From assembly GCF_006345805.1 (NCBI RefSeq), contig NC_043005.1:27590001-27654000 (forward strand): a stretch of DNA of 64,000 nt, read 5' to 3'. The notes beneath the pieces are model-generated. The model saw nothing but the letters and a program-made list of their open reading frames with translations, ran no database searches and had not been told where the DNA came from. Shown here one piece after another: positions 61,946-64,000 of this stretch. The position numbers and the translations under genes were made by a program. How positions within the stretch are numbered: the first letter of the stretch is position 1; each line of letters begins with the position of its first letter. Source of the DNA: Octopus sinensis (lineage: Eukaryota).

Positions 61946-62044
61946 CGCCCCCCCCCCACCAATACCGGTGAACACTGTTCTCACCATCTACACCGGATAC
62001 TCCCTCTTATGTTTCTCTATCTGTGTAACTATTTATCAAATTTC

Positions 62045-62088
<44 letters not shown>

Positions 62089-62379
62089 CATTCGTCTAAA
62101 ATCAAACTTCGTATCTTCGCTTCGCGGTGCACCCGCCCTGCCCACCCCCACCACCAATACCGGATATCTCTATATTTTGCTCCATCTATACCGGATGTCG
62201 CTTCTCCCACCACCATTATAGGTGTCTACTCTTCGAACCCCCCTCTTCAATACGCTATTTCACCATGCATTACCCCTCTCTCGATATCCTACGTTCTACT
62301 TGCCTAGAACCTGTCATCATTTCTCTGAACCACCCCTCCCCACTGGTGCTCCCCTATATTTCTGCACCCTCCACCCCCA

Positions 62380-62628
62380 CATAAAAAAAGCACCATCCGA
62401 ACGTGGCCGATGCCAGACCCCTCTGGCACCTGTGCAGGTGGCACGTAAAAAACACCCACTACACTCGCGGAGTGGTTGGCGTTAGGAAGGGCATCCAGCT
62501 GTAGAAACACTGCCAGACTAGACTGGAGCCTGGGGCAGTCCCGAGCTCCCCAGACCCCGGTCGAAACCGTCCAACCCGTGCTAGCGCGGAAAACGGACGT
62601 TAAACGATGATGATGATGATGATGATAT
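62380..62628 (+). mobile_element. RTE 3' tail copy
   Basis: AAAAGCACCATCCGAACGTGGCC...GGAAGGGCATCCAGCTGTAGAAAC...GGACGTTAAACGATGATG. Confidence 0.85.
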
Positions 62629-63033
62629 ACACACACACACAACGCGATTCTCTCAGTTTCTGTCTACCAAATCCACTCACAAGGCTTTGGTTGGCCTGAG
62701 GCTATAGTAGAAGACACTTACCCAAGGTGCCACACACTGGGACTGAACCCAGAACCATGTGGTTAGGAAGCAAGCTTCTTACCACACAGCCACGACTGTT
62801 AAATCTTGAGCGAAGCATCAACTTTTAATAATAATGAAAAAGTTATTTTTACTGAATTCTTTTAATTGAAGCAAAACCTTTGTATTTCAACAGATATAAT
62901 ATGATAAGCAAAAGTGTTTAAGCCAACCCAATTCCCCTCCCCCTCTTTCACCTTCTCCTCTTCTTTCTTTTCCCTTTCCAAACTTCTCACCAAATTGTTT
63001 CCTTTCTTGATTTATAAATATTTCTGTTACCAG

Positions 63034-63155
63034 GGTGATGGTGACAGCTGTCATAGCTGACCAGATTCCACCCAAGCTGCATCTCTTCCAGAATTATTCT
63101 TACTCATTAGCGTTACCCAACATAGAGCAACAGCCAGAGGAGACATCTATCCATG
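63034..63155 (+). CDS. PLA2G6: PLA2G6 coding exon 13 (VMVTAVIADQIPPKLHLFQNYSYSLALPNIEQQPEETSIH)
   Basis: taccag acceptor, g/gtaagt donor, phase 2-1. Matches KVMLTG..D..P.ELHLFRNY. Confidence 0.93.
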
Positions 63156-64000
63156 GTAAGTATGGGAGACAATTTTGGTCATGTTTCTTTTTTTTTTTCT
63201 AACCTCCTCAGTGAAATTTGTCTCTTCCTTTAACTTGCTGAATTGGTCATGATGAACAAATCTGTTGGAAAATAACAAGAAATGTTTGTTTTCTATAAGC
63301 AAAATAGAATTGTTCAGAAATTAAATAATTCCAAGATACCATCCACACACAGAAAAAATTATCTTTAAGTCCCACTGTCCTATAATTAGAACACTAAATG
63401 AGAACATTAAATAAGCTATATCACATTGTCTCAGTGTCCTATTTATAGGACACCGAGTATTTCCATTTCTACTTGAAATAAAGGAGTTTTAACAATTATT
63501 TTTTTCATTTTAACCTATTTTCAATCATCTGTAAAAATTTAAAAGTAATATTCAGAAATTTAAGTACTCTGGGACTTAATGAGTTAAGCAAATCAGCTTC
63601 AAAATGGTTGTTTAACATGCTAGAAATAGCTACTAAATCTCCTTCAAATCATACTCTCTGTCTTATAGAAAGGAAGGGCTCATTTGACAATGTAATCTCT
63701 TATATGCCAAAAAGATGGAATCATGACTGGAATGTCTTTGAGCATGGATATTTTAAACAATAAGATCAGTCATGTAATTCCTTTACCACAAGAAACCTGT
63801 TCTATCCTGGCCATTTTACCATCCTAACATAAAACTTCCCCCATTTTCTACTGTAATCCAAATCAGTGAAAGGGATCTAAGACTTGCAAGCTTCAAGACA
63901 ACCTCATAATTGCAGGTGCCATGAAAAAGAAAAGCACCCAGTACACTCTGTAAAGAGATTGGCATTAGGAAGGGCATCCAGCTGTAGAAATCCTAAGCCA

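Larger units (their letters stand above)
8717..63155 (+). other. PLA2G6: PLA2G6 / iPLA2-beta gene span (13 coding exons in window, 3' end beyond window)
   Basis: Hand-spliced exons give one open frame of 602 codons plus 1 nt. It reads N-terminal region, ankyrin repeats, Cys-rich linker, then patatin domain with GGGIRG and GTSTG. The order and motifs (KYGGFPIHW, GNTGLHIAV, FRMKNDIF..KRPY, KLHLFQNY) match the PLA2G6 family. Confidence 0.95.

Overview
AT-rich, microsatellite-dense eukaryotic genomic DNA. The SINE/LINE and microsatellite landscape looks like a coleoid cephalopod, probably Octopus (inference). The window is dominated by one plus-strand gene, the ortholog of PLA2G6 (iPLA2-beta, ankyrin repeats plus patatin lipase domain). 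I assembled 13 coding exons by hand (8750-63155, 1807 nt, all GT-AG, phases compatible, no stops). They include the GGGIRG and GTSTG motifs, and the gene continues past the window. The introns hold RTE LINEs (one near-intact 5'-truncated antisense copy with a PHD-type finger after the RT core), R4/Dong- and CR1-like relics, several tRNA-derived SINE families, a mariner and a DD37D deletion derivative, a Helitron-like element and MITEs. The most notable unexplained signal is a set of short non-coding elements carrying minimal type I hammerhead-ribozyme motifs of the kind known from Penelope-like elements. There are about 10 motifs in several unrelated sequence families, often with palindromic helix III loops. 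They are arranged as a 536-bp fold-back palindrome, as inverted plus direct repeats, as partial tandems or as the tail of a tRNA-SINE, and most abut (TA)n arrays. All ribozyme, splicing and editing functions are predictions from sequence only.
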